The position numbers were made by a program, and so were the translations under genes. From Adineta vaga (taxonomy: Eukaryota > Animalia > Rotifera), in contig CP075493.1 of the NCBI GenBank assembly GCA_021613535.1, positions 12,958,001-13,022,000 on the forward strand: 64,000 bases of DNA. The letters run 5' to 3'. The notes beneath the pieces are model-generated. The model did not search any database. It saw only the letters and a list, made by a program, of their open reading frames with translations, and had not been told where the DNA came from. Positions 13,601 through 24,893 of the stretch are shown piece after piece; within the stretch, counting starts at the first letter, position 1, and each line of letters opens with the position of its first letter.

Positions 13601-14268
13601 TGAAATGGTTAACACAAAAAATGATAGGTTTCAATGATGTTCATAATACAAGATTTTCATTGATGTTCATTGATTTTCTATTATGTTTACTTTCTGCATG
13701 TGTTCAAAAAGAAGATTATATATATCGAAAAATAACGAATTCTTCTCATTTCAATAAAATTCAATTGATTAAACTCTTAGAAAAGATGGTTCATTATCAT
13801 CCATTTTTTCCAGCACGAGGCAATGCGTTTATTCTAATTGCTGCCATGGATTATGCCGATCATAATGTCATATCGAATGCAATGAATACATTATTTGATG
13901 AAAATCTTGTTAAAGAATATTCGATGATTGCTGTTCCACTTATACATTTATCACCCAATGAATTCATTGATAATCTCTTAGAATCTCTTGAAAATGAAAG
14001 TGCTGTGAAAGCCTATGAAATCTTGAAAATCTTTACACAATTTGCCTTGAATGAGAAAATCGATGCGAATAGTAAATCGAAAATAATCAACTATTTAGTT
14101 CGAGAAATAGGCGAATTTAAATCGAAAAAATCTGTAAGCTATTATTATACAGATATTAAAATTCCATTTACAACAACATTAGAAAATGAATTATATAAAT
14201 CATGGATTAAAATTCAAGGACTTTCGGGTAAAACACAATATTCGATTGGTATTGATGAATCAAAATGA
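7699..14268 (+). CDS. SIR2-like domain + NACHT NTPase + helical-repeat C-terminus (NLR/STAND-like), 2189 aa, intronless
   Basis: SIR2-like motifs VIFVG, IVTTNYD (8065-8079), ILHLYG and LLFIGY. Walker A GHPGSGKTT (9025-9051), Walker B ILVIFEGLDE, ILTSR, LAINP and winged-helix FRFIHRTFQEYLAA. Confidence 0.9.
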   Translation: MVDNLQKLKKDIASNNVVIFVGPDVSVYTTNDETQVSHWKGLIKHGFQQFDRLGQINDKPLTNLDDNKTDINEYVLISNLIKPYLKEQPSVYQTWLINTVGQLFPIKPELIQAIGELKCPIVTTNYDSLLEDTLHKETLTWHEYQNNTSLKDITNYILHLYGHYQNSDSVIISSDDYNQLHNDEFAQSKLRMLVKGKTLLFIGYETDIHDPNFSNVLKWLFNITMINPPIIYKLIRSNNYGSFLENIKEISYGNNFQDLLLFIKNLSSFSSLRHTSLSLAERRESIREKYLNYLIKEYGQVSIFGYANNDINLPLESVYVDLKFDPTHPSIKAMTTVHINEEFRRKLVSPGFFSETEKRKLFQVVTERNAFNPHTIYRDLMIDQWLNVLLSNNQIFSDHEARTIRYKISQLKQNILTENHLKESQQYQIQQAYKEFKHFIILGHPGSGKTTLSKWLVINTAQQCLRKRNMLYDRNDYFHEKIPILIPIWKYVDFVNTSQQKVTLLEFIYENPTFNSTFFTMEERKDLSTWIIECLLHGNILVIFEGLDEVPVHVDRTDLMKEINCLLERGTDYDSKSGKLIHSLYEQKEINNTKNPIIGNRFILTSRIEGNYFEDINFYIPRLTIQDMSNEALKLFCNSYMESIQKISRKENKIDQLYNDIIKNQDIFQLAINPQLASVIAAVYHQYEGKLPEKRIDLYEQAIDNMIEQLIISSTNEQIQFNSIMLWSILQEIAEYLHHKVEGLSEKILKEIIGKCLTSLNLMNTSDIIESLVDIFKYKVGLLNEFGHDSFRFIHRTFQEYLAAKSLIYFNGIERSKEMIYENIQKKIDIPNWRVPLDMTFGILSKYHQNNGLFHYILENLLTNQSILSLIPFVIIDSLNDMYFLSKDIEHDLIRKLAEMLLSDYKNLSGFARLIEHQNLIHFYFSKLKKISYHTTVKWFIEKMIDDNIAPCANIIYHLKWYNPKFHQILLINLHHDSQFCEWPIDSLLRFYSNQIQNNAILTELKFKNALVDNPELIQHINHDSHWLSLIVALYGGYHNYNSERTISEYYALSQFLQLDENIRMPFFFYYQDIWGKDRTANNMVAHMDTTQTNYWREKPLFDQKKIYKESFLTANILELLKEKKSPLVLTKKLRKQIKTQKLVIHEKIEALIALIALGDNDFIQLTLKEEDQTLITYIEHRIDQLISVLKDPIARWSTHINTYLLKIQNNSSIHCKIYLSFIADSGGLPVNTHILANAANTSEEKSTFNAEYFAYKLTSTTTDFTYDIAVIADKLDVFGNSNEIMNSVLKIHNTIQRYRPIRMYPWPLDIFIFKSRDQNDIPIEFFNCLENFHTNVPYLPAAISNMFFAEGYFNRNPELILPVILLHFGIMSTQSERFEIYANLLPELGTKVNIKEFLLEKIHSIHHSYYKARALYQLAEFYDEKCYELLKEAFQTTKNISKSVLKFQILEKIFNVLHYKEVTEKCFIQQVINELILICDTIDNVYDRATASIRLSFYGSGEFRKRYIANAIFTLSQMNRNEEKIEFIIKLKPLVSLYPDLQINFNEIINHMKNKTHHYLIHSYYGRILSAEQLQTDNIELQSLFRLFAQLNDNKISINKIETIDQLWLNVYQDITNQSHIEKLLKLALNTELLLTPLAAIVIDELLQQSKEEMISVLFPYIIKPSNEVLPIVHRWFTDYDHSHQIKNLAAILLVEGKRIFESVIDTIVELITNDNDQMRYRAQRIFQHPERDPKKPSKRISVIGERTLMKIFQHLTKNRHFPRTGAYLRSFFYDLLWDDPIVYMNLLKKVTKLKETNDSTDVQRMFYFNKIKFIDDRTWNLILNSLQSIPYATYIEEVFHSTIVLTQSNQITENDWNNFVRILSTNDRSQFVEKFYIIFTDVAVINLILNEICALTTINDEEDLEIIESKVINEISVQIEDLLQYTYHQIIHIARCNFYVSCELNQAILNILNNIQINNIMMENLMKWLTQKMIGFNDVHNTRFSLMFIDFLLCLLSACVQKEDYIYRKITNSSHFNKIQLIKLLEKMVHYHPFFPARGNAFILIAAMDYADHNVISNAMNTLFDENLVKEYSMIAVPLIHLSPNEFIDNLLESLENESAVKAYEILKIFTQFALNEKIDANSKSKIINYLVREIGEFKSKKSVSYYYTDIKIPFTTTLENELYKSWIKIQGLSGKTQYSIGIDESK

Positions 14269-14897
14269 TACTTTTTATTATTCTATAGTAAAGAATGTAT
14301 GTTCCGTTCTTTTTTTATAGTTCACAGTGCAATTTTTATATTTGTTTTTAATCAAGATACTTTTCTATTGAATAAATACACATAGAGTGTATAATCATTA
14401 AGATATGTGTATTTACAAAACATGCGATAGTTATCATAGTATTTAGGAATGATCGGAAAATTTCAAATTCTTATAAGTGGAAAATTACCTACACGATGCA
14501 TACCAGTAAAGTAACAAAATGATGGAATCACTGTATAGTTTGCAATTTGTTTCAATTCTTCTACCAAAATACATTTTCTTTGAAAAGAAATTGGCAAAGG
14601 TTTTTCAGATATATTTTATACAGACCATCAGTATACAGGTTATATTATATCACGTGCTTCATTCAAAAAAGTAATGAAAAGTTATCAGGATCATTGTCAA
14701 ACAGAGTGTCACACGTATCAAATATTCCCTGACAATGTTTTATTAGAGTCATATATACTTCGTTATTGATAACTGAAACTTATTGCCGTGTCTAAAATGT
14801 TTGCAATTCACTTGAGATACATTATCAATAAAAAATCTCACAACATGTTGAACCGTCGCCATAAGCTCACACTAGAGTATTCGTTTTCTATTATTTT

Positions 14898-15362
14898 GTG
14901 GTGTTGGAAGCGATGCTTGCCGAAGACAAAAGTACGAGTACAGAAACAAAATCGTCACAAACTACACACCGTACTTGTTTTGGCTTAAATTTCAAAGATA
15001 TTCTTCACAATATCAGTAAATTTCTATTACCTCTTATCTTAACTATCTTTACCATTGTTGTTACCTTTGATCAAAGAAATGAAAATCGTATTCAACGTGA
15101 AGAAGATCGACGTTTAGCTGAAGAACAACGAAAACATGATAAACAAATAGCTGTTGATAAACGTACAAGTGACGATTTGAATGCTGACATACACAAAAAC
15201 ATGACACGTGATCAACGAATGTATGAACTAAATATTGAACAATAAGAGCGATATAAGATAGATCATGAAAATATCTTGATAATCTTCTTCTTTCCTATTA
15301 TAACGAAATGGGATTATTATTTCAAAATACAAATGGAACATCACTAGCATCCCATCCAACTA
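14898..15362 (+). pseudogene. Truncated TM/coiled-coil gene (N-terminus of the type found on rotifer pentapeptide-repeat proteins)
   Basis: TM segment LLPLILTIFTIVV followed by a charged coil. In-frame TAA at 15243, a frameshift, then residual YLDNLLLSYYNEMG. Ends at a hairpin repeat. Confidence 0.55.
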
Positions 15363-15363
15363 T

Positions 15364-15423
15364 GAGGGTGTGGATGATGATCCTTGCTGTTTATCCACGC
15401 ACCCACACCCACATCTTCACTCT
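15364..15423. repeat. Dispersed GT/AC hairpin repeat, copy 1
   Basis: GAGGGTGTGGATG ... ATCCACGCACCCACACCC. Confidence 0.55.
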
Positions 15424-15537
15424 ATATTGATGAAACGAACAAGAAGCTAAGCAAAAGAAGTGAATATGTATTTCTTTACGAAACTTTTATTAGCAATAGA
15501 GCTGTAGCATAATAGAAGTCAAAGATATTGATTGAAG

Positions 15538-18500
15538 TCAATTATGAATTCCTGTTTGTGCTTTATAAATACCATTTAAACAGGATTCACATTCATTTAA
15601 AAGAATAATCAGCATTTTTAAGTTATTCTTTGCATATATAATATCCGGAAAACTATCTCCATTCATATCGTTGATCATAACCACAGATATATTATTATGG
15701 TCACTTTTTTCATCTTGTTCTTGATTTTTAAAACTTCCATTTCTGTATCCAATATATAAATAAATAGGATGATACCCATGATATCCAATGAGAATATCTG
15801 ATTGTCCATCACAATTAAAATCACTAATGCTGAAGAAATCAGAAGAATATTCTACTATTCTCAAAAGTTTGGGTACCGTAAAGGTTCCATTGCCATAACC
15901 CATTAAAACACTTATAGGATGATAAAAATTATTTGTGAATACAATGTCTAAGTGATTATCATCATTCCAATCAAAAGCAATAATCATGTCCGGAAGCGTT
16001 GTAAGTCCAGTAAAATACCATTTATATGGATAGAAAAGTCCATCACCATATCCAAGAAATATTCCAATAGTCATAGTTTCGAAAGTACTGCAGACGATGT
16101 CTAAATTTCCATCGTGATTAAAGTCAGCAATGGCAAATGATTTTGGGACAATAATGGCAAGAGTCGATAAGATCAGTGTGTGTAATGTAAAATTACCTTT
16201 TCTATCTCCCATCAATATAAATATGATATTTTTCTCTGTTATAAAAACGATATCTAAATGATTATCATTATTAAGATCGGTAGTTTCCATAGCTAATAAT
16301 TCACCGAAGTCTTCCTGAAAAATTGTTCCTAATACTTGAAAACTACCATTTCCAAATCCTATCAAAAGATCAATTTGCGATTGACTTCGATCACTAATAA
16401 AAATATCCATTATCTTATCATCATCAAAATCACCAACAACTATCAGTTTCGGCTGGATATTATTTCCTAACGTAAGAATTATTCGTTGATCAAACGTGCC
16501 ATCACCATTTCCCAATAAAATATTCAAAGTGTTCTGCCAAGAACAGGAAAATGCAAGATCAGATTTATTATCAGCATTGAATTTGGCAATAACAAGATAC
16601 TCTACAAAATCACAATCGTCAATGGTTGTTATAAATTTTGCGAATTTCGGTGGAGTAAGCTGTGGTACTAAACAAAAGAAGATGGGAAATATTTATTCAC
16701 AAACATCACCGCCATTTTTAGCCTTCACTCATTTACTTACTCATCGTTGTTAATATGCTCACTGTTATGTCGAGAGATGTTATTGATACGGTTGTTGTAT
16801 TTTCCTTTATTTGTGTCGCCGTCTTATTTGATGGAACAACTAGGAAAAAATATATGAGTCAGTTACAACTTTATTGTAACACTTACGATTGATGAAAAAA
16901 AATGAAAGTGAGTTCAGAGAGAATGTGATGCCTAGATATTGTTCTCCATCATTCTCTGAATATCCTATTAAAATTTCCTAACTGCCAGATGCAAACAAAC
17001 CGAGAGATTCAAAATCCAAAAGTCTAACGCCTGCGGATATGGATGTGTGAGGATAAGGGTGAGGGCGTATGTGTGTCGGGGTGAGAATGGGAGTTAAGGA
17101 AAGGCACATACATCCTCACCAATACCTTCACCCCCACCCTCAAGATGAAAATCGAGAACACACCCTCACTCATATGTAGGATAATTTCGAAATAAACATT
17201 GGCTGTATGAAACTGTATTGAGAAAGGGAACAAATATCTCGAGAAATATCAAAATTTTATCAATTATTTACCTTTTTTATTATCATAATTCCAAATTAAA
17301 AGCAATATTACTATCATCAATATCAGTAATGCCAATGATAGAAAAATCTTTCGAGAAATACGAAATCTTGACATACTACTTGTCCTAGAAACAATAACTC
17401 TCATATGAGATCTAAAAAATCACTTGAATATCAACACTTACTGTACTTCGGGAATCGTTTCGATCGATTCTTTCTTGTCAGATTCAACCGATTTCACTTC
17501 AACACAATGTTCAGGTTCAACAATTATTCTTCGTTTTTTTCGATATTCATATAATTTCATTGCTATAACAATTAGTTTGGGACATATCCATTTCAAAACA
17601 ATTGCTAAACCACCTTGAAGACCAAGAATAACAGTGATTGTATGTAATAAATCTATTTGTTTAATGTAAGTATATGAACATGATAGAGGTGAACATCGTC
17701 TAAAATATGATTCATAGTCTTTCGTTCTCTTCCATTCTTCTACAAATAAATGACGAATTAGTTCATTGATAGTCATATTTGGTAAAAAACGGCTTTTCAC
17801 ACTTGTTGATAGAGGAATTGTCAAGTTCATATCATGTGTAGAGTTTGTATATAGTTGAATAAGAGAGAGACAAGAATGATCATAGAAACATTCGAGTGTT
17901 GAAAGAAAAAATGATTCACTTGGTGTACATCCGATTTTTAATCCTTTCACTTGACTTCGATTTCTTGACTTCGATTCAATGAAATATGCTTGACTTGTAC
18001 AATTTGCATGTAATCCACAAGAACAGCCATCATCATAGATCATAGGTTTAGTTGGCAAATAAGATTCAGGACCTGCGTAACCATCCGGTATATATATATA
18101 TTCGTAGTTTGATCCGTAGGTAGAAATAATAGCATTTCCATGATTGATACTTCGAATGAGATCGAGAAGACGAACAAGTTCAATATGAACACTGATTTTA
18201 TTCTCCTCAACGAGTATATTGATACGATCATCAAAGTTTTGTTTGGATAGAAGTTGAGCGGTGACAAAAAGTGAGGTATGAAATTGGTTGATAGAACTGT
18301 TAACTGATTGATTGGAGAGTTGACATAATCCTTGGAGGAATTGGAGATGAGCAGAAAGAAATCGACGATAATCTCTGAGGTCATAAGAATAGAGGTCAAA
18401 AACAAGTCCAGATGTTATGTTGATTCGCCATTGATCTGAACTAAGTGGACTTGTACAAATCTAAAAGATATTTGAATATATGTCATTTTCATGAAGAAGT

Positions 18501-21500
18501 GTATGTTTTACCTGATGAAATTCTGATTGGATAGTAACAAAGTCACGGTATTGTGTTGAAATTATTGAACACGAACATTCTAATTTATTTTTATAAGTTT
18601 GATAAAGTCGATTGTAGAGAATAAAGGATGGTTTATCAAAAGTTTTTGTAATAGTTTGAGGTTGAACAATTGTATAAATAGTAAGAACAACAAGTGTTGT
18701 GATAAAAATCACAAAGTACAGCCGAGTTGCCCATTGTCCAAAGCGTTTAGCTGTACTATGATCAGTATTACTACCAAAATCTCTTCGCAAAAATATATTC
18801 AGATTGATTATGAGATCATACAAGAGTGCCAATAACTTTCGTATAAGTATTCGAAGTCGATCAAATAATTTTAGACGTTCTAAATACAATCGATTTTTAA
18901 AAATAGACAGATGACTACTTACGATTCTCACCTTGTTGTTGTTTTTGTTTTCGCACTAGTTTTCGAGTATTCATTGCTTTTATATGATATATAATTTTGA
19001 TCAAAAGAGGTGTAATAAAACGCAATGACATAGACAAACCACCAATAAGAGAGATCATTAATAATATCACTTCACCAGTACCTTTTTTCTCGCCTGTTTT
19101 GGAATAAATACAATGACTTGGTGCGCATGATTGATAAAAACGATCATAGAAATAATAAGAATTCCATTGTTCAATCATAATTTCTTTGAGAATATCTTGA
19201 ACAGTTGCATTTTGATGAAAATGAGTCGAATTTGAATGATAAATCATAGGATAAATCCCAGGTGATGGTTTTATAGAATCGATATCCAAAACAGTGTTAC
19301 TAACCGGACGCAATAAGTTTAATGTGGTGAGAAAACAGTCGTCATTTGAATAGAAACATTTGAGTGTCGAGAACAAAAGAGAATCAGTAATTGTACAGCC
19401 TGTAATTGTTTCAGACATTATCTGAATAAGCTCAGGTTTGACAAGCCCGATGGAATATATTGAGTGTTTATAAATAGTACCTGGACTTTTACAAGATGGA
19501 TTTTTAGCACATATGCAATTGATTTGTGCTGAGTAGATATCGTGAGTTCCAGAGAAGATAAATTTGACCTAGAAATTCATCGATTCAATGTGATTTATCC
19601 AATTTAAAAAAAAATAAAGTAGAAACTAATAAGTTCACTTCTTTTGGTTTTATATTTTAATTTTCTGAAAATATTCAAATCTTTTGCAACGTTTCTATAA
19701 GAATATTTGTAGAAACAAAACTAATGTATTCTTATCTCAAAACTCTGAAGCAAACATACCTGAAATGTTCCATTTTCCATTCTGTGTGCAATTAATTTTG
19801 CTTGCTGAATATTACTTTCAATCTTTTCCGGTGTTTCCATATACATCTGATCAACTTGCATCATAAGACGCACTGTATCTACCAATGTACGAAAATATGT
19901 TGTTGTTGATTGAAAAAATTGTTCCAGACTTATGTTCATCTGTCTATTAAAATCATGATCAGCAATAACATTTGAAACTATCAAAGACTGGGCTAAAAAA
20001 CGATTCACTGCATCGTCAATGGTCTTATTAGCCAATCTACAAAGATCTGATAGGAGTTTAAATTGCGCATGTGCTTTAAAACGCCAATCAAATTCTATGC
20101 TTGGATTTAGCACAGAGATTAATGAAATCCAATGATCATCAACAAAACTGCTTTTGCATACTTGATGTAGAGTAGGTGATATCGAAATGAAGTTTCTATA
20201 TGATGCTATTGTGTTTTTACATGGACATCTTAGGATACTAGGATAGATTTTTTCTAATTCAATGAATTTGTCCAATGTTGGATTGGTAATGTGTATTGTG
20301 ATTGAATAAGTTCGCAATTGATTGAAAGAAAAGATCATGATAAACAAACCTAATGATAAACATCGTCATATTTTCATGCTAAAATAAGTTTGAATTACAT
20401 ACTACATAATAAGATCAAATAGACCCGTGTTGTGATTTTTTGTCGTTTTACATCTTTTTCTGTTCGTTGATGAAGTTGTTTGAAAAGATTTAATTGTTTC
20501 AGCCAATGAACAAATTTTCGTAGCTGTATAATTTGTCCTATGTAAATGATATTAGAATATTATTCGACATGTTTACGTGTTGTTTTTCTATAAACATACT
20601 CATAGCATTACTGGTATTGCTGAAATGATTTCGTATTTTCCATGAAACATCAATTAGAAACGATGCAATCAGACGAAGAACAATTGTGAAACCACCGTAA
20701 ATACTAATGAAAAGTGTCACAGCATTCATGATATCGATTTGATCTTTTGTGATATACGTGCAAAATAAAGGAGAACATAAATGAAAATATTGTGAATAAT
20801 TCATTTCAGTTGTCCATTTGTCAATAAAAAGATCTAACAAATAAGAGTTCACATTGTGATTCGATTCTGTAAAATCAAGAACTATCTCAGACCTATTCAA
20901 ATTCATCTAAATGAAGAAAAAAACAAAGAAAAACATAATAATTATATGCATGCACAATAAACAAACTTCGTCGATAGCTGGAAAATAGTCACTGAATAAT
21001 TCTAGACAATCAATATCAAATAAACAATCGAGAGTACTTGAAAGAAGAGCTTCAATAGGTGTACATGATCCATAAAAGCCATTAACACTAGGTAACTTGG
21101 GCGCTTCCTGCCAGTAGATATGATGTAACTTGCTTGGCTCGTCATGCACATAGTAAAACCAAGCTTTACCGATTGGATTTTGAGTGCCACAATGAATATA
21201 TTCCATAGTATCATCAGGAAGATATCTCGTCGGATTTAAAAAGAAACTAGTTTCGGAAAATTTATCCTTCTCGAAAGAAATCACTAAATTTGTATTGAGA
21301 GCTGAAATTAAATAATTTGTAAGAGTAATAGTACGAAGATAATTGAGAAATGAACTGATCCGAATTGATCCACTTGTATTGTAGAAACCAATCGACTCAT
21401 TGATATGACCTTCGACCTTGATTTTCGAAAGAAGATCGATACTAACGAGTGTATGGTTATGAAAATTAATTAGATTTTGATTTACAATACTTTTCGACAA

Positions 21501-22099
21501 CGAACAAAGATCAGCAAGAAGTCGAAACTAAAAGAAATTATCAATACTTTTTATTTTCATCGATGTAAATTTACTTGCGAACTAGCCGTAGTTCGAAAAT
21601 CTAACATTCCATATTGACTGGCATTTTCGAAATACAATGCTTTGATCCATTCTGAACTAACAAATATACTGTCACAAACAGAATGATATGTCACTCTAGT
21701 GGAAACGAAATCTTTATAAAGAATTGAACTTGTCGAACATGGACATGAAAGAGTTCCATTATATTTTTGATAAAGTTCATCGAAACGAAGAGGATTAATT
21801 GATGGAACAACAATTGTTCGAGGTTGTGGATTGATTAATTTCATAAAGATAAGAATACCGAAAGAGTCTGAAATGTAAAAATAAATCGCTTGTCTAGGAA
21901 ATGCAAATCTAATATTTTTCTTACACAGGAAAAGAAGAATATATAACCATGTGGCATACTTTTGACGTTTAAGAATAACAAATGGATCTTGTGTATCGAC
22001 TTCATCGTCATTATCATCATAATCATTTTCTTCGCGGACGAAAACATTGTAGTTTTGTAATTTTTCACGACACCAACGATAAATGATTCTGATATGCAT
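15538..22099 (-). CDS. Large multi-exon membrane protein: three Cys-rich 2-TM modules + TM + Thr-rich stalk + FG-GAP/VCBS repeats
   Basis: Module motifs CPC, VCxSxF..W, GC.P.E.LL.STL.C and E.W..Y..YF..C.P..C.Y, with a GG-containing TM, recur three times across ORFs 21557-17438. In-frame splicing traced by hand through exons 17411-17272, about 16963-16887, about 16839-16741 and 16666-15538. FG-GAP motifs DFNxDGxxDI and LGYGDG. Confidence 0.75.
17035..17172. repeat. Dispersed GT/AC hairpin repeat, copy 2 (intronic)
   Basis: G/T-rich arm GGATGTGTGAGG..GGGTGAGGGCGTATGTG followed by a C/A-rich arm ending CACCCTCAAG..CACACCCTCACTC. Confidence 0.5.
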
Positions 22100-22590
22100 T
22101 ATTGATAACAACAGTACTTTCGCTCGAATCTCTATTGAAAACATATAAAGATAAATAAATCCATTGAAAAGAATCCTGATGTGAGTCAGACTAGAATGTG
22201 TGAATGCCTTCATCATGAATATTTGTCAAATTACATAAACTCTTCATGTAATTTTTATAGATTTCTCATTTGAAAAACTATCTCACTCTCAATCACTTTG
22301 TTTTTTCATACGTTAAATTATACTTTGATTTGCTTGTTATGAATGATTGAAGATTGAAAAACGATGAACATATGGTTGCTAGAAAGGAACTAGATATGAT
22401 ATTTTTCAAACGCCAGCAAAAATATGTTTTTACAAAGGAATAAATACTCTCAAACATCTCTTTGGAAATAACATCGCTCGTTTTTTTTCTCTACAAAGTT
22501 TTGTATATTTGCTTCATATGTTGTAGTTTTTCAATTTAGCTTATCACATTCAGACGGATAGTATCACATATTCACCTTCATCTCTCGCAG

Positions 22591-22660
22591 GAGGGTGTGG
22601 ATGTGGGTGAGGATCACAGATAAGAGAATATTCATACTACACACCCACTCATCAAATCCA
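22591..22660. repeat. Dispersed GT/AC hairpin repeat, copy 3
   Basis: GAGGGTGTGGATGTGGGTGAGG ... CACACCCACTCATC. Confidence 0.55.
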
Positions 22661-23544
22661 TAACCTACAGTTATAATATGAGTAGTAATATCGAAACAAT
22701 TCATGAATAGAACGACGAAGGAGTTTGTCGATAAGTGTGAACAGAAGAAGAAACGCAGTTATTGATACCATTACCAATGATATCTGTTCCAAGAAGAAAT
22801 AATTCAATAGAGATTGTTCTTTGTTGATTTGCGTATAACAATGGCATAATACAATGTATAAAAGATGAAGAGATCGATTAGGGAAAAGAATCCTAAAATT
22901 AACAAATGAATTCTAGTTCAGCTATCATTATACTCTCACAAAGAAAGAAATTATTTCTCGATAATTTGGGCAATCAAAAGATAGCTACTAATGTTCGATC
23001 TATATTTGATTATTCATCTCTGACATAATTATCAGTAGCGACATTTAAAACGTGATCGTCTCAACAACACAAAGCAAGGGACAGAAAGAAGTTTGTTTTT
23101 CTGTTGTGAATACAAAAAGAAAATATCTCTTGAGGTCTACTTACAATGGAATAAATGTGGAGCAGATTGTGTCCATACTTAATCCTTCTCTCAACTGTAT
23201 GCTGATTTTTCTCATCTGTTTTGACAGGCATCACTTCTTAACAATCAGCCTTGAAAATTGATGAGCATTTTACTCAATAATATGAAGTTCTACATTTTTA
23301 CATAAGTAAAAAAAAACTATTAAAGGAACTTCCGGTAGTCTGATGTAAACGAAAACAGGCTATTTGACAACGTCATGTAGAAATTGTGCTGATGATAGTA
23401 TTAAGGCAGTGTTATTGTAAAACTTGACAAGTCTAACGAATTTTAAAAAGCATAAATGAGAATTTTGATTCTCTAATTTGTATTAAAAATATAACAAAGA
23501 AAAACTACATCATGTGGTATATGTTTAGATGATTGTTTAATAGT

Positions 23545-24495
23545 TTAAGCATGATATGCTGGTGCTTCTTCTTCGACTTTTTTCCATAAATTATCTAATA
23601 TTTGAATCATATTTGCATTTAATGGAGCTGCTTTTGAATCGTGTAGATTCTCTTGAAGTTGTTGCATGTTGGATGCACCCAAAATAATTGCATCTCCTTC
23701 TTTCAATAATGAATGATTTAATAGCCAGGAAAAACAAACTTCAGAAGGTCTGATATTAAGTACCTTGCAATGATTTTGAAATGTTTCTAAAGCTGAGAAA
23801 AGACTATCTTTGCAATAAAGACCGGAATAGAGTTGACCATAACGAGTAGAAAGATCAAATCGAGAATTAACTTGAGCATTTTTAATTTGATCTGGTGTTT
23901 TAATCAAAAAACCTCCAGCAAGTGGTGAAAAAGCATGAAATTTCATTCCTAATTTTCTTAATAATGGAAATAATTCTTGTTCATTCTTTCTTGTAATCAA
24001 ATTATAATTTCCTTGATATACCGATGGAAGAATATAATTATTATCATTGCAAATATTGTACATTCGTTGAACTTCTTCTGTGGTAAAATTTGAAAGACCA
24101 AATCTTTTGAAACATCCACATTTATAAAGTTCATTTATTGCTTCAGCAGTTTCTTCAAATGGAGTTGAACGATCTGGTGAATGAATATAATAGATATCAA
24201 TCGAAGATCGTTTCATTGCCTTTAGACTTGTCTCACATTGTGTAATCGTATTTTCTTTTGTCAATTTGCTCGCAAATGGACTTGCTTTCGTAGCAACTGT
24301 AAATGTTTCAAATTCTGATGTTTCACCAAGCAATTGTTCACTGCTTCCATCGCCATATCTCCTTGCTGTATCAAGTTCATCAATTCCATTTGCTTTGAGA
24401 ATATTAAGAACTTCAGATACATCTTCTGTTGTTTTGAATCCAGGTCCATTTTTATTGAAAGTTGCAGTGCCAAATATTATCTTTACTTTCGACAT
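23545..24495 (-). CDS. Aldo-keto reductase, aflatoxin aldehyde reductase (AKR7)-like, intronless
   Basis: LDTARRYG, VATKA, IDIYYIHSPD, FGLSNF, YQGNYN, FSPLAGG and IILGAS motifs. Catalytic D/Y/K/H are present. Confidence 0.92.
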   Translation of the reverse strand: MSKVKIIFGTATFNKNGPGFKTTEDVSEVLNILKANGIDELDTARRYGDGSSEQLLGETSEFETFTVATKASPFASKLTKENTITQCETSLKAMKRSSIDIYYIHSPDRSTPFEETAEAINELYKCGCFKRFGLSNFTTEEVQRMYNICNDNNYILPSVYQGNYNLITRKNEQELFPLLRKLGMKFHAFSPLAGGFLIKTPDQIKNAQVNSRFDLSTRYGQLYSGLYCKDSLFSALETFQNHCKVLNIRPSEVCFSWLLNHSLLKEGDAIILGASNMQQLQENLHDSKAAPLNANMIQILDNLWKKVEEEAPAYHA

Positions 24496-24749
24496 AAATA
24501 TAAGCTAATCTCTTTTATTTGAAACAAGACAAAGATTACTTGATAATCTTTGACCAGAAAGCAACTAGTATTTCTCCTACCATAAACATCGTCGAAAGAT
24601 GGCGCATCAAATCAATACATTAGTTTAATCTCAGATCACTTTTTCTATTGTTTAGAAAAAGAATATAATTAGAAAAATATGTTTTTTTAGAAGAAAAGAA
24701 TACAAATGAATGGAACAATAATGAATGAAAAAGATGATATCAAGAAGTG

Positions 24750-24893
24750 CAATACGCAGTTATTAAATCGGTTAATCATATTGAAATTGTAAGTAAAAAA
24801 AGCATCGATCAATGTACGTATTATTTTCCAAATGTTACGAAAGTTACTCTAGTAGATGGACATACTCTTAACACTTATCAATCGTATCTTATC
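24750..24893 (+). pseudogene. F-box/LRR family C-terminal fragment
   Basis: SVNHIEI...YFPNVTKVTL resembles SVNHISI...YFPHVTTLTI of the gene at 1854. No upstream exons evident. Confidence 0.5.

Noticed and set aside
6266-14268. Bacterial contaminant or true operon
   Set aside because: Poly(A) signals follow each gene, the NACHT gene is as AT-rich as its flanks, and it is contiguous with spliced metazoan genes.
18040-18405. 121-aa ORF on the minus strand
   Set aside because: Wrong frame. The true exon is the upstream extension of ORF 17438-18058 (ICTSPLSSDQW...).
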